This document shows, one piece after another, positions 20,301-35,300 of a stretch of DNA of 57,218 nucleotides; positions within the stretch are counted from its first letter, which is position 1; each line of letters begins with the position of its first letter. This DNA is from Nemertoderma westbladi (Eukaryota; Animalia; Xenacoelomorpha): positions 1 through 57,218 of the forward strand of contig JAUCBJ010005185.1 of the NCBI GenBank assembly GCA_032718475.1. Direction: 5' to 3'. Position numbers and translations under genes: made by a program. The notes below the pieces were generated by a model that was given only the letters and a program-made list of their open reading frames with translations, made no database searches and was not told where the DNA came from.

Positions 20301-23300
20301 ATACACTGGTATTATTTTATCTTTCGGATCACCTGACTTATACACTGTTATTATTTTTATCTGTCGGATCACCTGACTTATACACTGGTATTATTTTTAT
20401 CTTTCGGATCACCTGACTTATTATACACTGGTATTATTTTATCTTTCGGATCACCTGACTTATACACTGGTATTATTTTTATTTGTCGGATCACCTGACT
20501 TATACACTGTTATTATTTTTATCTTTCGGATCACCTGACTTATACACTGGTATTATTTTTATCTTTCGGATCACCTGACTTATTATACACTGGTATTATT
20601 TTATCTTTCGGATCACCTGACTTATACACTGTTATTATTTTTATCTGTCGGATCACCTGACTTATACACTGTTATTATTTTTATCTTTCGGATCACCTGA
20701 CTTATTATACACTGGTATTATTTTATCTTTCGGATCACCTGACTTATACACTGGTATTATTTTTATCTGTCGGATCACCTGACTTATACACTGTTATTAT
20801 TTTTATCTTTCGGATCACCTGACTTATTATACACTGGTATTATTTTTATCTTTCGGATCACCTGACTTATTATACACTGGTATTATTTTATCTTTCGGAT
20901 CACCTGACTTATTATACACTGGTATTATTTTATCTTTCGGATCACCTGACTTATACACTGGTATTATTTTATCTTTCGGATCACCTGACTTATTATACAC
21001 TGGTATTATTTTTATATTTCGGATCACCTGACTTATTATACACTGGTATTATTTAATCTTTCGGATCACCTGACTTATTATACACTGGTATTATTTTTAT
21101 ATTTCGGATCACCTGACTTATTATACACTGGTATTATTTTATCTGTCGGATCACCTGACTTATACACTGTTATTATTTTTATCTTTCGGATCACCTGACT
21201 TATACACTGGTATTATTTTATCTTTCGGATCACCTGACTTATTATACACTGGTATTATTTTTATATTTCGGATCACCTGACTTATTATACACTGGTATTA
21301 TTTTATCTGTCGGATCACCTGACTTATACACTGTTATTATTTTTATCTTTCGGATCACCTGACTTATTATACACTGGTATTATTTTATCTTTCGGATCAC
21401 CTGACTTATACACTGGTATTATTTTTATCTGTCGGATCACCTGACTTATACACTGTTATTATTTTTATCTTTCGGATCACCTGACTTATTATACACTGGT
21501 ATTATTTTTATCTTTCGGATCACCTGACTTATTATACACTGGTATTATTTTATCTTTCGGATCACCTGACTTATTATACACTGGTATTATTTTATCTTTC
21601 GGATCACCTGACTTATACACTGGTATTATTTTATCTTTCGGATCACCTGACTTATTATACACTGGTATTATTTTTATATTTCGGATCACCTGACTTATTA
21701 TACACTGGTATTATTTAATCTTTCGGATCACCTGACTTATTATACACTGGTATTATTTTTATCTTTCGGATCACCTGACTTATTATACACTGGTATTATT
21801 TTATCTTTCGGATCACCTGACTTATTATACACTGGTATTATTTTTATATTTCGGATCACCTGACTTATTATACACTGGTATTATTTTATCTTTCGGATCA
21901 CCTGACTTATTATACACTGGTATTATTTTATCTTTCGGATCACCTGACTTATTATACACTGGTATTATTTTATCTTTCGGATCACCTGACTTATTATACA
22001 CTGGTATTATTTTTATATTTCGGATCACCTGACTTATTATACACTGGTATTATTTAATCTTTCGGATCACCTGACTTATTATACACTGGTATTATTTTTA
22101 TCTTTCGGATCACCTGACTTATTATACACTGGTATTATTTTATCTGTCGGATCACCCGACTTATACACTGTTATTATTTTTATCTGTCGGATCACCTGAC
22201 TTATACACTGTTATTATTTTTATCTGTCGGATCCCCTGACGTATACACTGGTATTATTTTATCTTTCGGATCACCTGACTTATACACTGGTATTATTTTA
22301 TCTTTCGGATCACCTGACTTATTATACACTGGTATTATTTAATCTTTCGGATCACCTGACTTATACACTGTTATTATTTTTATCTGTCGGATCACCTGAC
22401 TTATACACTGTTATTATTTTTATCTTTCGGATCACCTGACTTATTATACACTGGTATTATTTAATCTTTCGGATCACCTGACTTATACACTGTTATTATT
22501 TTTATCTGTCGGATCACCTGACTTATACACTGTTATTATTTTTATCTTTCGGATCACCTGACTTATTATACACTGGTATTATTTAATCTTTCGGATCACC
22601 TGACTTATACACTGTTATTATTTTTATCTGTCGGATCACCTGACTTATACACTGTTATTATTTTTATCTTTCGGATCACCTGACTTATTATACACTGGTA
22701 TTATTTTATCTTTCGGATCACCGGACTTATTATACACTGGTATTATTTAATCTTTCGGATCACCTGACTTATACACTGTTATTATTTTTATCTGTCGGAT
22801 CACCTGACTTATACACTGTTATTATTTTTATCTTTCGGATCACCTGACTTATTATACACTGGTATTATTTAATCTTTCGGATCACCTGACTTATACACTG
22901 TTATTATTTTTATCTGTCGGCTCACCTGACTTATACACTGTTATTATTTTTATCTTTCGGATCACCTGACTTATTATACACTGGTATTATTTTATCTTTC
23001 GGATCACCGGACTTATACACTGTTATTATTTTTATCTGTCGGATCACCTGACTTATACACTGTTATTATTTTTATCTTTCGGATCACCTGACTTATTATA
23101 CACTGGTATTATTTTATCTTTCGGATCACCTGACTTATACACTGTTATTATTTTTATCTTTCGGATCACCTGACTTATACACTGGTATTATTTTATCTTT
23201 CGGATCACCTGACTTATTATACACTGGTATTATTTTATCTTTCGGATCACCTGACTTATACACTGGTATTATTTTATCTTTCGGATCACCTGACTTATTA

Positions 23301-26300
23301 TACACTGGTATTATTTTTATCTGTCGGATCACCTGACTTATACACTGGTATTATTTTATCCTTCGGATCACCTGACTTATTATACACTGGTATTATTTTT
23401 ATCTTTCGGATCACCTGACTTATTATACACTGGTATTATTTTAGCTTTCGGATCACCTGACTTATACACTGTTATTATTTTTATCTTTCGGATCACCTGA
23501 CTTATACACTGGTATTATTTTATCTTTCGGATCACCTGACTTATACACTGTTATTATTTTTATCTTTCGGATCACCTGACTTATACACTGGTATTATTTT
23601 ATCTTTCGGATCACCTGACTTATACACTGGTATTATTTTTATCTTTCGGATCACCTGACTTATACACTGGTATTATTTTATCTTTCGGATCACCTGACTT
23701 ATACACTGGTATTATTTTTATCTTTCGGATCACCTGACTTATACACTGGTATTATTTTTATCTGTCGGATCACCTGACTTATACACTGGTATTATTTTTA
23801 TCTGCCGGATCACCTGACTTATACACTGTTATTATTTTTATCTTTCGGATCACCTGACTTATACACTGTTATTATTTTTATCTTTCGGATCACCTGACTT
23901 ATACACTGGTATTATTTTTATCTGTCGGATCACCTGACTTATACACTGGTATTATTTTTATCTGTCGGATCACCTGACTTATACACTGGTATTATTTTTA
24001 TCTGCCGGATCACCTGACTTATACACTGGTATTATTTTTATCTTTCGGATCACCTGACTTATTATACACTGGTATTATTTTTATCTTTCGGATCACCTGA
24101 CTTATACACTGGTATTATTTTTATCTTTCGGATCACCTGACTTATACACTGTTATTATTTTTATCTTTCGGATCACCTGACTTATACACTGGTATTATTT
24201 TATCTTTCGGATCACCTGACTTATTATACACTGGTATTATTTTATCTTTCGGATCACCTGACTTATACACTGGTATTATTTTATCTTTCGGATCACCTGA
24301 CTTATTATACACTGGTATTATTTTTATCTGTCGGATCACCTGACTTATACACTGGTATTATTTTATCCTTCGGATCACCTGACTTATTATACACTGGTAT
24401 TATTTTTATCTTTCGGATCACCTGACTTATTATACACTGGTATTATTTTAGCTTTCGGATCACCTGACTTATACACTGTTATTATTTTTATCTGTCGGAT
24501 CACCTGACTTATAGACTGTTATTATTTTTATCTTTCGGATCACCTGACTTATTATACACTGGTATTATTTTATCTTTCGGATCACCTGACTTATACACTG
24601 TTATTATTTTTATCTGTCGGATCACCTGACTTATACACTGGTATTATTTTTATCTTTCGGATCACCTGACTTATTATACACTGGTATTATTTTATCTTTC
24701 GGATCACCTGACTTATACACTGGTATTATTTTTATTTGTCGGATCACCTGACTTATACACTGTTATTATTTTTATCTTTCGGATCACCTGACTTATACAC
24801 TGGTATTATTTTTATCTTTCGGATCACCTGACTTATTATACACTGGTATTATTTTATCTTTCGGATCACCTGACTTATACACTGTTATTATTTTTATCTG
24901 TCGGATCACCTGACTTATACACTGTTATTATTTTTATCTTTCGGATCACCTGACTTATTATACACTGGTATTATTTTATCTTTCGGATCACCTGACTTAT
25001 ACACTGGTATTATTTTTATCTGTCGGATCACCTGACTTATACACTGTTATTATTTTTATCTTTCGGATCACCTGACTTATTATACACTGGTATTATTTTT
25101 ATCTTTCGGATCACCTGACTTATTATACACTGGTATTATTTTATCTTTCGGATCACCTGACTTATACACTGTTATTATTTTTATCTTGTCGGATCACCTG
25201 ACTTATACACTGTTATTATTTTTATCTTTCGGATCACCTGACTTATTATACACTGGTATTATTTTATCTTTCGGATCACCTGACTTATACACTGGTATTA
25301 TTTTATCTTTCGGATCACCTGACTTATACACTGTTATTATTTTTATCTTTCGGATCACCTGACTTATTATACACTGGTATTATTTTATCTTTCGGATCAC
25401 CTGACTTATACACTGGTATTATTTTTATCTGTCGGATCACCTGACTTATACACTGTTATTATTTTTATCTTTCGGATCACCTGACTTATTATACACTGGT
25501 ATTATTTTTATCTTTCGGATCACCTGACTTATTATACACTGGTATTATTTTATCTTTCGGATCACCTGACTTATACACTGGTATTATTTTTATCTTGTCG
25601 GATCACCTGACTTATACACTGTTATTATTTTTATCTTTCGGATCACCTGACTTATACACTGGTATTATTTTTATCTTTCGGATCACCTGACTTATACACT
25701 GGTATTATTTTTATCTTTCGGATCACCTGACTTATACACTGGTATTATTTTTATCTTTCGGATCACCTGACTTATTATACACTGGTATTATTTTATCTTT
25801 CGGATCACCTGACTTATACACTGGTATTATTTTTATCTGTCGGATCACCTGACTTATACACTGTTATTATTTTTATCTTTCGGATCACCTGACTTATTAT
25901 ACACTGGTATTATTTTATCTTTCGGATCACCTGACTTATACACTGTTATTATTTTTATCTGTCGGATCACCTGACTTATACACTGTTATTATTTTTATCT
26001 TTCGGATCACCTGACTTATTATACACTGGTATTATTTTATCTTTCGGATCACCTGACTTATACACTGGTATTATTTTTATCTGTCGGATCACCTGACTTA
26101 TACACTGTTATTATTTTTATCTTTCGGATCACCTGACTTATTATACACTGGTATTATTTTTATCTTTCGGATCACCTGACTTATTATACACTGGTATTAT
26201 TTTATCTTTCGGATCACCTGACTTATACACTGTTATTATTTTTATCTTGTCGGATCACCTGACTTATACACTGTTATTATTTTTATCTTTCGGATCACCT

Positions 26301-29300
26301 GACTTATACACTGGTATTATTTTTATCTTTCGGATCACCTGACTTATTATACACTGGTATTATTTTATCTTTCGGATCACCTGACTTATACACTGTTATT
26401 ATTTTTATCTGTCGGATCACCTGACTTATACACTGTTATTATTTTTATCTTTCGGATCACCTGACTTATTATACACTGGTATTATTTTATCTTTCGGATC
26501 ACCTGACTTATACACTGGTATTATTTTTATCTGTCGGATCACCTGACTTATACACTGTTATTATTTTTATCTTTCGGATCACCTGACTTATTATACACTG
26601 GTATTATTTTTATCTTTCGGATCACCTGACTTATTATACACTGGTATTATTTTATCTTTCGGATCACCTGACTTATACACTGTTATTATTTTTATCTTGT
26701 CGGATCACCTGACTTATACACTGTTATTATTTTTATCTTTCGGATCACCTGACTTATTATACACTGGTATTATTTTATCTTTCGGATCACCTGACTTATA
26801 CACTGGTATTATTTTATCTTTCGGATCACCTGACTTATACACTGTTATTATTTTTATCTTTCGGATCACCTGACTTATTATACACTGGTATTATTTTATC
26901 TTTCGGATCACCTGACTTATACACTGGTATTATTTTTATCTGTCGGATCACCTGACTTATACACTGTTATTATTTTTATCTTTCGGATCACCTGACTTAT
27001 TATACACTGGTATTATTTTTATCTTTCGGATCACCTGACTTATTATACACTGGTATTATTTTATCTTTCGGATCACCTGACTTATACACTGGTATTATTT
27101 TTATTTGTCGGATCACCTGACTTATACACTGTTATTATTTTTATCTTTCGGATCACCTGACTTATACACTGGTATTATTTTTATCTTTCGGATCACCTGA
27201 CTTATTATACACTGGTATTATTTTATCTTTCGGATCACCTGACTTATACACTGTTATTATTTTTATCTGTCGGATCACCTGACTTATACACTGTTATTAT
27301 TTTTATCTTTCGGATCACCTGACTTATTATACACTGGTATTATTTTATCTTTCGGATCACCTGACTTATACACTGTTATTATTTTTATCTTTCGGATCAC
27401 CTGACTTATACACTGGTATTATTTTTATCTTTCGGATCACCTGACTTATTATACACTGGTATTATTTTTATCTGTCGGATCACCTGACTTATACACTGTT
27501 ATTATTTTTATCTTTCGGATCACCTGACTTATTATACACTGGTATTATTTTTATCTTTCGGATCACCTGACTTATTATACACTGGTATTATTTTATCTTT
27601 CGGATCACCTGACTTATTATACACTGGTATTATTTTATCTTTCGGATCACCTGACTTATACACTGGTATTATTTTATCCTTCGGATCACCTGACTTATTA
27701 TACACTGGTATTATTTTTATCTTTCGGATCACCTGACTTATTATACACTGGTATTATTTTATCTTTCGGATCACCTGACTTATACACTGTTATTATTTTT
27801 ATCTGTCGGATCACCTGACTTATACACTGTTATTATTTTTATCTTTCGGATCACCTGACTTATTATACACTGGTATTATTTTATCTTTCGGATCACCTGA
27901 CTTATTATACACTGGTATTATTTTATCTGTCGGATCACCTGACTTACTATGCACTGGTATTATTTTATCTTTCGGATCACCGGACTTATACACTGGTATT
28001 ATTTTATCTTTCGGATCACCTGACTTATTATACACTGGTATTATTTTATCTTTCGGATCACCGGACTTATACACTGGTATTATTTTATCTTTCGGATCAC
28101 CTGACTTATACACTGGTATTATTTTATCTTTCGGATCACCTGACTTATACACTGGTATTATTTTATCTTTCGGATCACCTGACTTATTATACACTGGTAT
28201 TATTTTTATCTTTCGGATCACCTGACTTATTATACACTGCTATTATTTTATCTTTCGGATCACCTGACTTATACACTGGTATTATTTTATCTTTCGGATC
28301 ACCTGACTTATTATACACTGGTATTATTTTTATCTTTCGGATCACCTGACTTATTATACACTGGTATTATTTTTTATCTTTCGGATCACCTGACTTATTA
28401 TACACTGGTATTATTTTATCTTTCGGATCACCTGACTTATTATACACTGGTATTATTTTATCTTTCGGATCACCTGACTTATTATACACTGGTATTATTT
28501 TATCTTTCGGATCACCGGACTTATACACTGGTATTATTTTATCTTTCGGATCACCTGACTTATACACTGGTATTATTTTATCTTTCGGATCACCTGACTT
28601 ATACACTGGTATTATTTTATCTTTCGGATCACCTGACTTATTATACACTGGTATTATTTTTATCTTTCGGATCACCTGACTTATTATACACTGGTATTAT
28701 TTTATCTTTCGGATCACCTGACTTATACACTGGTATTATTTTATCTTTCGGATCACCTGACTTATACACTGGTATTATTTTATCTTTCGGATCACCTGAC
28801 TTATACACTGGTATTATTTTATCTTTCGGATCACCTGACTTATTATACACTGTTATTATTTTTATCTTTCGGATCACCTGACTTATTATACACTGGTATT
28901 ATTTTATCTTTCGGATCACCTGACTTATTATACACTGGTATTATTTTTATCTGTCGGATCACCTGACTTATACACTGGTATTATTTTATCCTTCGGATCA
29001 CCTGACTTATTATACACTGGTATTATTTTTATCTTTCGGATCACCTGACTTATTATACACTGGTATTATTTTAGCTTTCGGATCACCTGACTTATACACT
29101 GTTATTATTTTTATCTGTCGGATCACCTGACTTATAGACTGTTATTATTTTTATCTTTCGGATCACCTGACTTATTATACACTGGTATTATTTTATCTTT
29201 CGGATCACCTGACTTATACACTGTTATTATTTTTATCTGTCGGATCACCTGACTTATACACTGGTATTATTTTTATCTTTCGGATCACCTGACTTATTAT

Positions 29301-32300
29301 ACACTGGTATTATTTTATCTTTCGGATCACCTGACTTATACACTGGTATTATTTTTATTTGTCGGATCACCTGACTTATACACTGTTATTATTTTTATCT
29401 TTCGGATCACCTGACTTATACACTGGTATTATTTTTATCTTTCGGATCACCTGACTTATTATACACTGGTATTATTTTATCTTTCGGATCACCTGACTTA
29501 TACACTGTTATTATTTTTATCTGTCGGATCACCTGACTTATACACTGTTATTATTTTTATCTTTCGGATCACCTGACTTATTATACACTGGTATTATTTT
29601 ATCTTTCGGATCACCTGACTTATACACTGGTATTATTTTTATCTGTCGGATCACCTGACTTATACACTGTTATTATTTTTATCTTTCGGATCACCTGACT
29701 TATTATACACTGGTATTATTTTTATCTTTCGGATCACCTGACTTATTATACACTGGTATTATTTTATCTTTCGGATCACCTGACTTATTATACACTGGTA
29801 TTATTTTATCTTTCGGATCACCTGACTTATTATACACTGGTATTATTTTATCTTTCGGATCACCTGACTTATACACTGTTATTATTTTATCCTTCGGATC
29901 ACCTGACTTATTATACACTGGTATTATTTTTATATTTCGGATCACCTGACTTATTATACACTGGTATTATTTAATCTTTCGGATCACCTGACTTATACAC
30001 TGTTATTATTTTTATCTGTCGGATCACCTGACTTATACACTGTTATTATTTTTATCTTTCGGATCACCTGACTTATTATACACTGGTATTATTTTATCTT
30101 TCGGATCACCTGACTTATTATACACTGGTATTATTTTATCTTTCGGATCACCGGACTTATACACTGGTATTATTTTATCTTTCGGATCACCTGACTTATT
30201 ATACACTGGTATTATTTTATCTTTCGGATCACCGGACTTATACACTGGTATTATTTTATCTTTCGGATCACCTGACTTATACACTGGTATTATTTTATCT
30301 TTCGGATCACCTGACTTATACACTGGTATTATTTTATCTTTCGGATCACCTGACTTATTATACACTGGTATTATTTTTATCTTTCGGATCACCTGACTTA
30401 TTATACACTGGTATTATTTTATCTTTCGGATCACCTGACTTATACACTGGTATTATTTTATCTTTCGGATCACCTGACTTATTATACACTGGTATTATTT
30501 TTATCTTTCGGATCACCTGACTTATTATACACTGGTATTATTTTTATCTTTCGGATCACCTGACTTATTATACACTGGTATTATTTTATCTTTCGGATCA
30601 CCTGACTTATTATACACTGGTATTATTTTTATCTTTCGGATCACCTGACTTATTATACACTGGTATTATTTTATCTTTCGGATCACCTGACTTATACACT
30701 GGTATTATTTTATCTTTCGGATCACCTGACTTATACACTGGTATTATTTTATCTTTCGGATGACCTGACTTATACACTGGTATTATTTTATCTTTCGGAT
30801 CACCTGACTTATTATACACTGTTATTATTTTTATCTTTCGGATCACCTGACTTATTATACACTGGTATTATTTTATCTTTCGGATCACCTGACTTATTAT
30901 ACACTGGTATTATTTTTATCTGTCGGATCACCTGACTTATACACTGTTATTATTTTTATCTGTCGGATCACCTGACTTATACACTGTTATTATTTTTATC
31001 TTTCGGATCACCTGACTTATACACTGGTATTATTTTATCTTTCGGATCACCTGACTTATTATACACTGGTATTATTTTATCTTTCGGATCACCTGACTTA
31101 TACACTGGTATTATTTTATCTTTCGGATCACCTGACTTATTATACACTGGTATTATTTTTATCTTTCGGATCACCTGACTTATTATACACTGGTATTATT
31201 TTATCTTTCGGATCACCTGACTTATACACTGGTATTATTTTTATCTGTCGGATCACCTGACTTATTATACACTGGTATTATTTTATCTTTCGGATCACCT
31301 GACTTATACACTGTTATTATTTTTATCTTTTGGATCACCTGACTTATTATACACTGGTATTATTTTTATCTTTCGGATCCCCTGACTTATTATACACTGG
31401 TATTATTTTATCTGTCAGATCACCTGACTTATACACTGTTATTATTTTTATCTGTCGGATCACCTGACTTATACACTGGTATTATTTTTATCTGTCGGAT
31501 CACCCGACTTATACACTGGTATTATTTTTATCTGTCGGATCACCTGACTTATACACTGGTATTATTTTTATCTGTCGGATCCCCTGACGTATACACTGGT
31601 ATTATTTTTATCTTTCGGATCACCTGACTTATACACTGTTATTATTTTTATCTGTCGGATCACCTGACTTATACACTGTTATTATTTTTATCTTTCGGAT
31701 CACCTGACTTATTATACACTGGTATTATTTTATCTTTCGGATCACCTGACTTATACACTGTTATTATTTTTATCTGTCGGATCACCTGACTTATACACTG
31801 GTATTATTTTTATCTTTCGGATCACCTGACTTATTATACACTGGTATTATTTTATCTTTCGGATCACCTGACTTATACACTGGTATTATTTTTATTTGTC
31901 GGATCACCTGACTTATACACTGTTATTATTTTTATCTTTCGGATCACCTGACTTATACACTGGTATTATTTTTATCTTTCGGATCACCTGACTTATTATA
32001 CACTGGTATTATTTTATCTTTCGGATCACCTGACTTATACACTGTTATTATTTTTATCTGTCGGATCACCTGACTTATACACTGTTATTATTTTTATCTT
32101 TCGGATCACCTGACTTATTATTCACTGGTATTATTTTATCTTTCGGATCACCTGACTTATACACTGGTATTATTTTTATCTGTCGGATCACCTGACTTAT
32201 ACACTGTTATTATTTTTATCTTTCGGATCACCTGACTTATTATACACTGGTATTATTTTTATCTTTCGGATCACCTGACTTATTATACACTGGTATTATT

Positions 32301-35300
32301 TTATCTTTCGGATCACCTGACTTATTATACACTGGTATTATTTTATCTTTCGGATCACCTGACTTATTATACACTGGTATTATTTTTATCTTTCGGATCA
32401 CCTGACTTATACACTGTTATTATTTTTATCTGTCGGATCACCTGACTTATACACTGTTATTATTTTTATCTGTCGGATCACCTGACTTATACACTGGTAT
32501 TATTTTATCTTTCGGATCACCTGACTTATACACTGGTATTATTTTATCTTTCGGATCACCTGACTTATTATACACTGGTATTATTTTATCTTTCGGATCA
32601 CCTGACTTATACACTGGTATTATTTTATCCTTCGGATCACCTGACTTATTATACACTGGTATTATTTTTATATTTCGGATCACCTGACTTATTATACACT
32701 GGTATTATTTAATCTTTCGGATCACCTGACTTATACACTGTTATTATTTTTATCTGTCGGATCACCTGACTTATACACTGTTATTATTTTTATCTTTCGG
32801 ATCACCTGACTTATTATACACTGGTATTATTTTATCTTTCGGATCACCTGACTTATTATACACTGGTATTATTTTATCTTTCGGATCACCTGACTTATAC
32901 ACTGGTATTATTTTATCTTTCGGATCACCTGACTTATTATACACTGGTATTATTTTTATCTTTCGGATCACCTGACTTATTATACACTGGTATTATTTTA
33001 TCTTTCGGATCATCTGACTTATACACTGTTATTATTTTTATCTGTCGGATCACCTGACTTATACACTGTTATTATTTTTATCTTTCGGATCACCTGACTT
33101 ATACACTGGTATTATTTTATCTTTCGGATCACCTGACTTATTATACACTGGTATTATTTTATCTTTCGGATCACCTGACTTATACACTGGTATTATTTTA
33201 TCTTTCGGATCACCTGACTTATTATACACTGGTATTATTTTTATCTTTCGGATCACCTGACTTATTATACACTGGTATTATTTTATCTTTCGGATCACCT
33301 GACTTATACACTGGTATTATTTTTATCTGTCGGATCACCTGACTTATTATACACTGGTATTATTTTATCTTTCGGATCACCTGACTTATACACTGTTATT
33401 ATTTTTATCTTTTGGATCACCTGACTTATTATCTTATTATATACACTGGTATTATTTTTATCTTTCGGATCCCCTGACTTATTATACACTGGTATTATTT
33501 TATCTGTCGGATCACCTGACTTATACACTGTTATTATTTTTATCTGTCGGATCACCTGACTTATACACTGGTATTATTTTTATCTGTCGGATCACCCGAC
33601 TTATACACTGGTATTATTTTTATCTGTCGGATCACCTGACTTATACACTGGTATTATTTTTATCTGTCGGATCCCCTGACGTATACACTGGTATTATTTT
33701 TATCTTTCGGATCACCTGACTTATACACTGGTATTATTTTTATCTTTCGGATCACCGGACTTATACACTGGTATTATTTTTATCTGTCGGATCACCTGAC
33801 TTATACACTGGTATTATTTTTATCTTTCGGATCACCTGACTTATTATACACTGGTATTATTTTATCTTTCGGATCACCTGACTTATACACTGGTATTATT
33901 TTTATCTGTCGGATCACCTGACTTATACACTGGTATTATTTTTATCTGTCGGATCACTGACTTATACACTGGTATTATTTTTATCTGTCGGATCACCTGA
34001 CTCATACACTGTTATTATTTTTATCTGTCGGATCACCTGACTTATACACTGGTATTATTTTTATCTGTCGGATCACCTGACTTATACACTGTTATTATTT
34101 TTATCTTTCGGATCACCTGACTTATACACTGGTATTATTTTTATCTGTCGGATCACCTGACTTATACACTGTTATTATTTTTATCTTTCGGATCACCTGA
34201 CTTATACACTGGTATTATTTTTATCTGTCGGATCACCTGACTTATACACTGTTATTATTTTTATCTTTCGGATCACCTGACTTATACACTGGTATTATTT
34301 TTATCTGTCGGATCACCTGACTTATACACTGTTATTATTTTTATCTTTCGGATCACCTGACTTATACACTGGTATTATTTTTATCTGTCGGTTCACGTGA
34401 CTTATACACTGGTATTATTTTTATCTGTCGGATCACCTGAGTTATACACTCGTATAATTTTTATCTGTCGGATCACCTGACTTATACACTGGTATTAATT
34501 TTATCTGTCGGATCACCTGACTTATACACTGGTATTATTTTTATCTGTCGGATCACCTGACTTATACACTGGTATTATTTTTATCTGTCGGATCACCTCT
34601 GAGTTATGCACTGGTATTATTTTTATTTGTCGGATCACCTGACTTATACACTGGTATTATTTTTATCTGTCGGATCACCTGACTTATACACTGTTATTGT
34701 TTTTATCTTTCGTATCACCTGACTTATACACTGGTATTATTTTTATCTGTCGGATCACCTGACTTATACACTGTTATTGTTTTTATCTTTCGGATCACCT
34801 TACTTATTATACACTGGTATTATTTTACCTTTCGGATCACCTGACTTATTATACACTGTTATTATTTTTATCTTTCGGATCACCTGACTTATACACTGGT
34901 ATTATTTTTATCTGTCGGATCACCTGACTTATACACTGTTATTGTTTTTATCTTTCGGATCACCTGACTTATACACTGGTATTATTTTTATCTTTCGGAT
35001 CACCTGACTTATACACTGTTATTATTTTTATCTGTCGGATCACCTGACTTATACACTGGTATTATTTTTATCTGTCGGATCCCCTGACTTATACACTGTT
35101 ATTATTTTTATCTGTCGGATCACATGACTTATACACTGTTATTATTTTTATCTGTCGGATCACCTGACTTATACACTGGTATTATTTTTATCTGTCGGAT
35201 CCCCTGACTTATACACTGGTATTATTTTTATCTGTCGGATCACCTGACTTATACACTGTTATTATTTTTATCTTTCGGATCACCTGACTTATACACTGGT

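Noticed and set aside
18882-33555. Repetitive minus-strand ORFs (KIIPVYKSGDPKD)n as genes
   Set aside because: They are by-products of runs of 39/42-bp units derived from coding DNA, with non-ATG starts and constant frameshifts.
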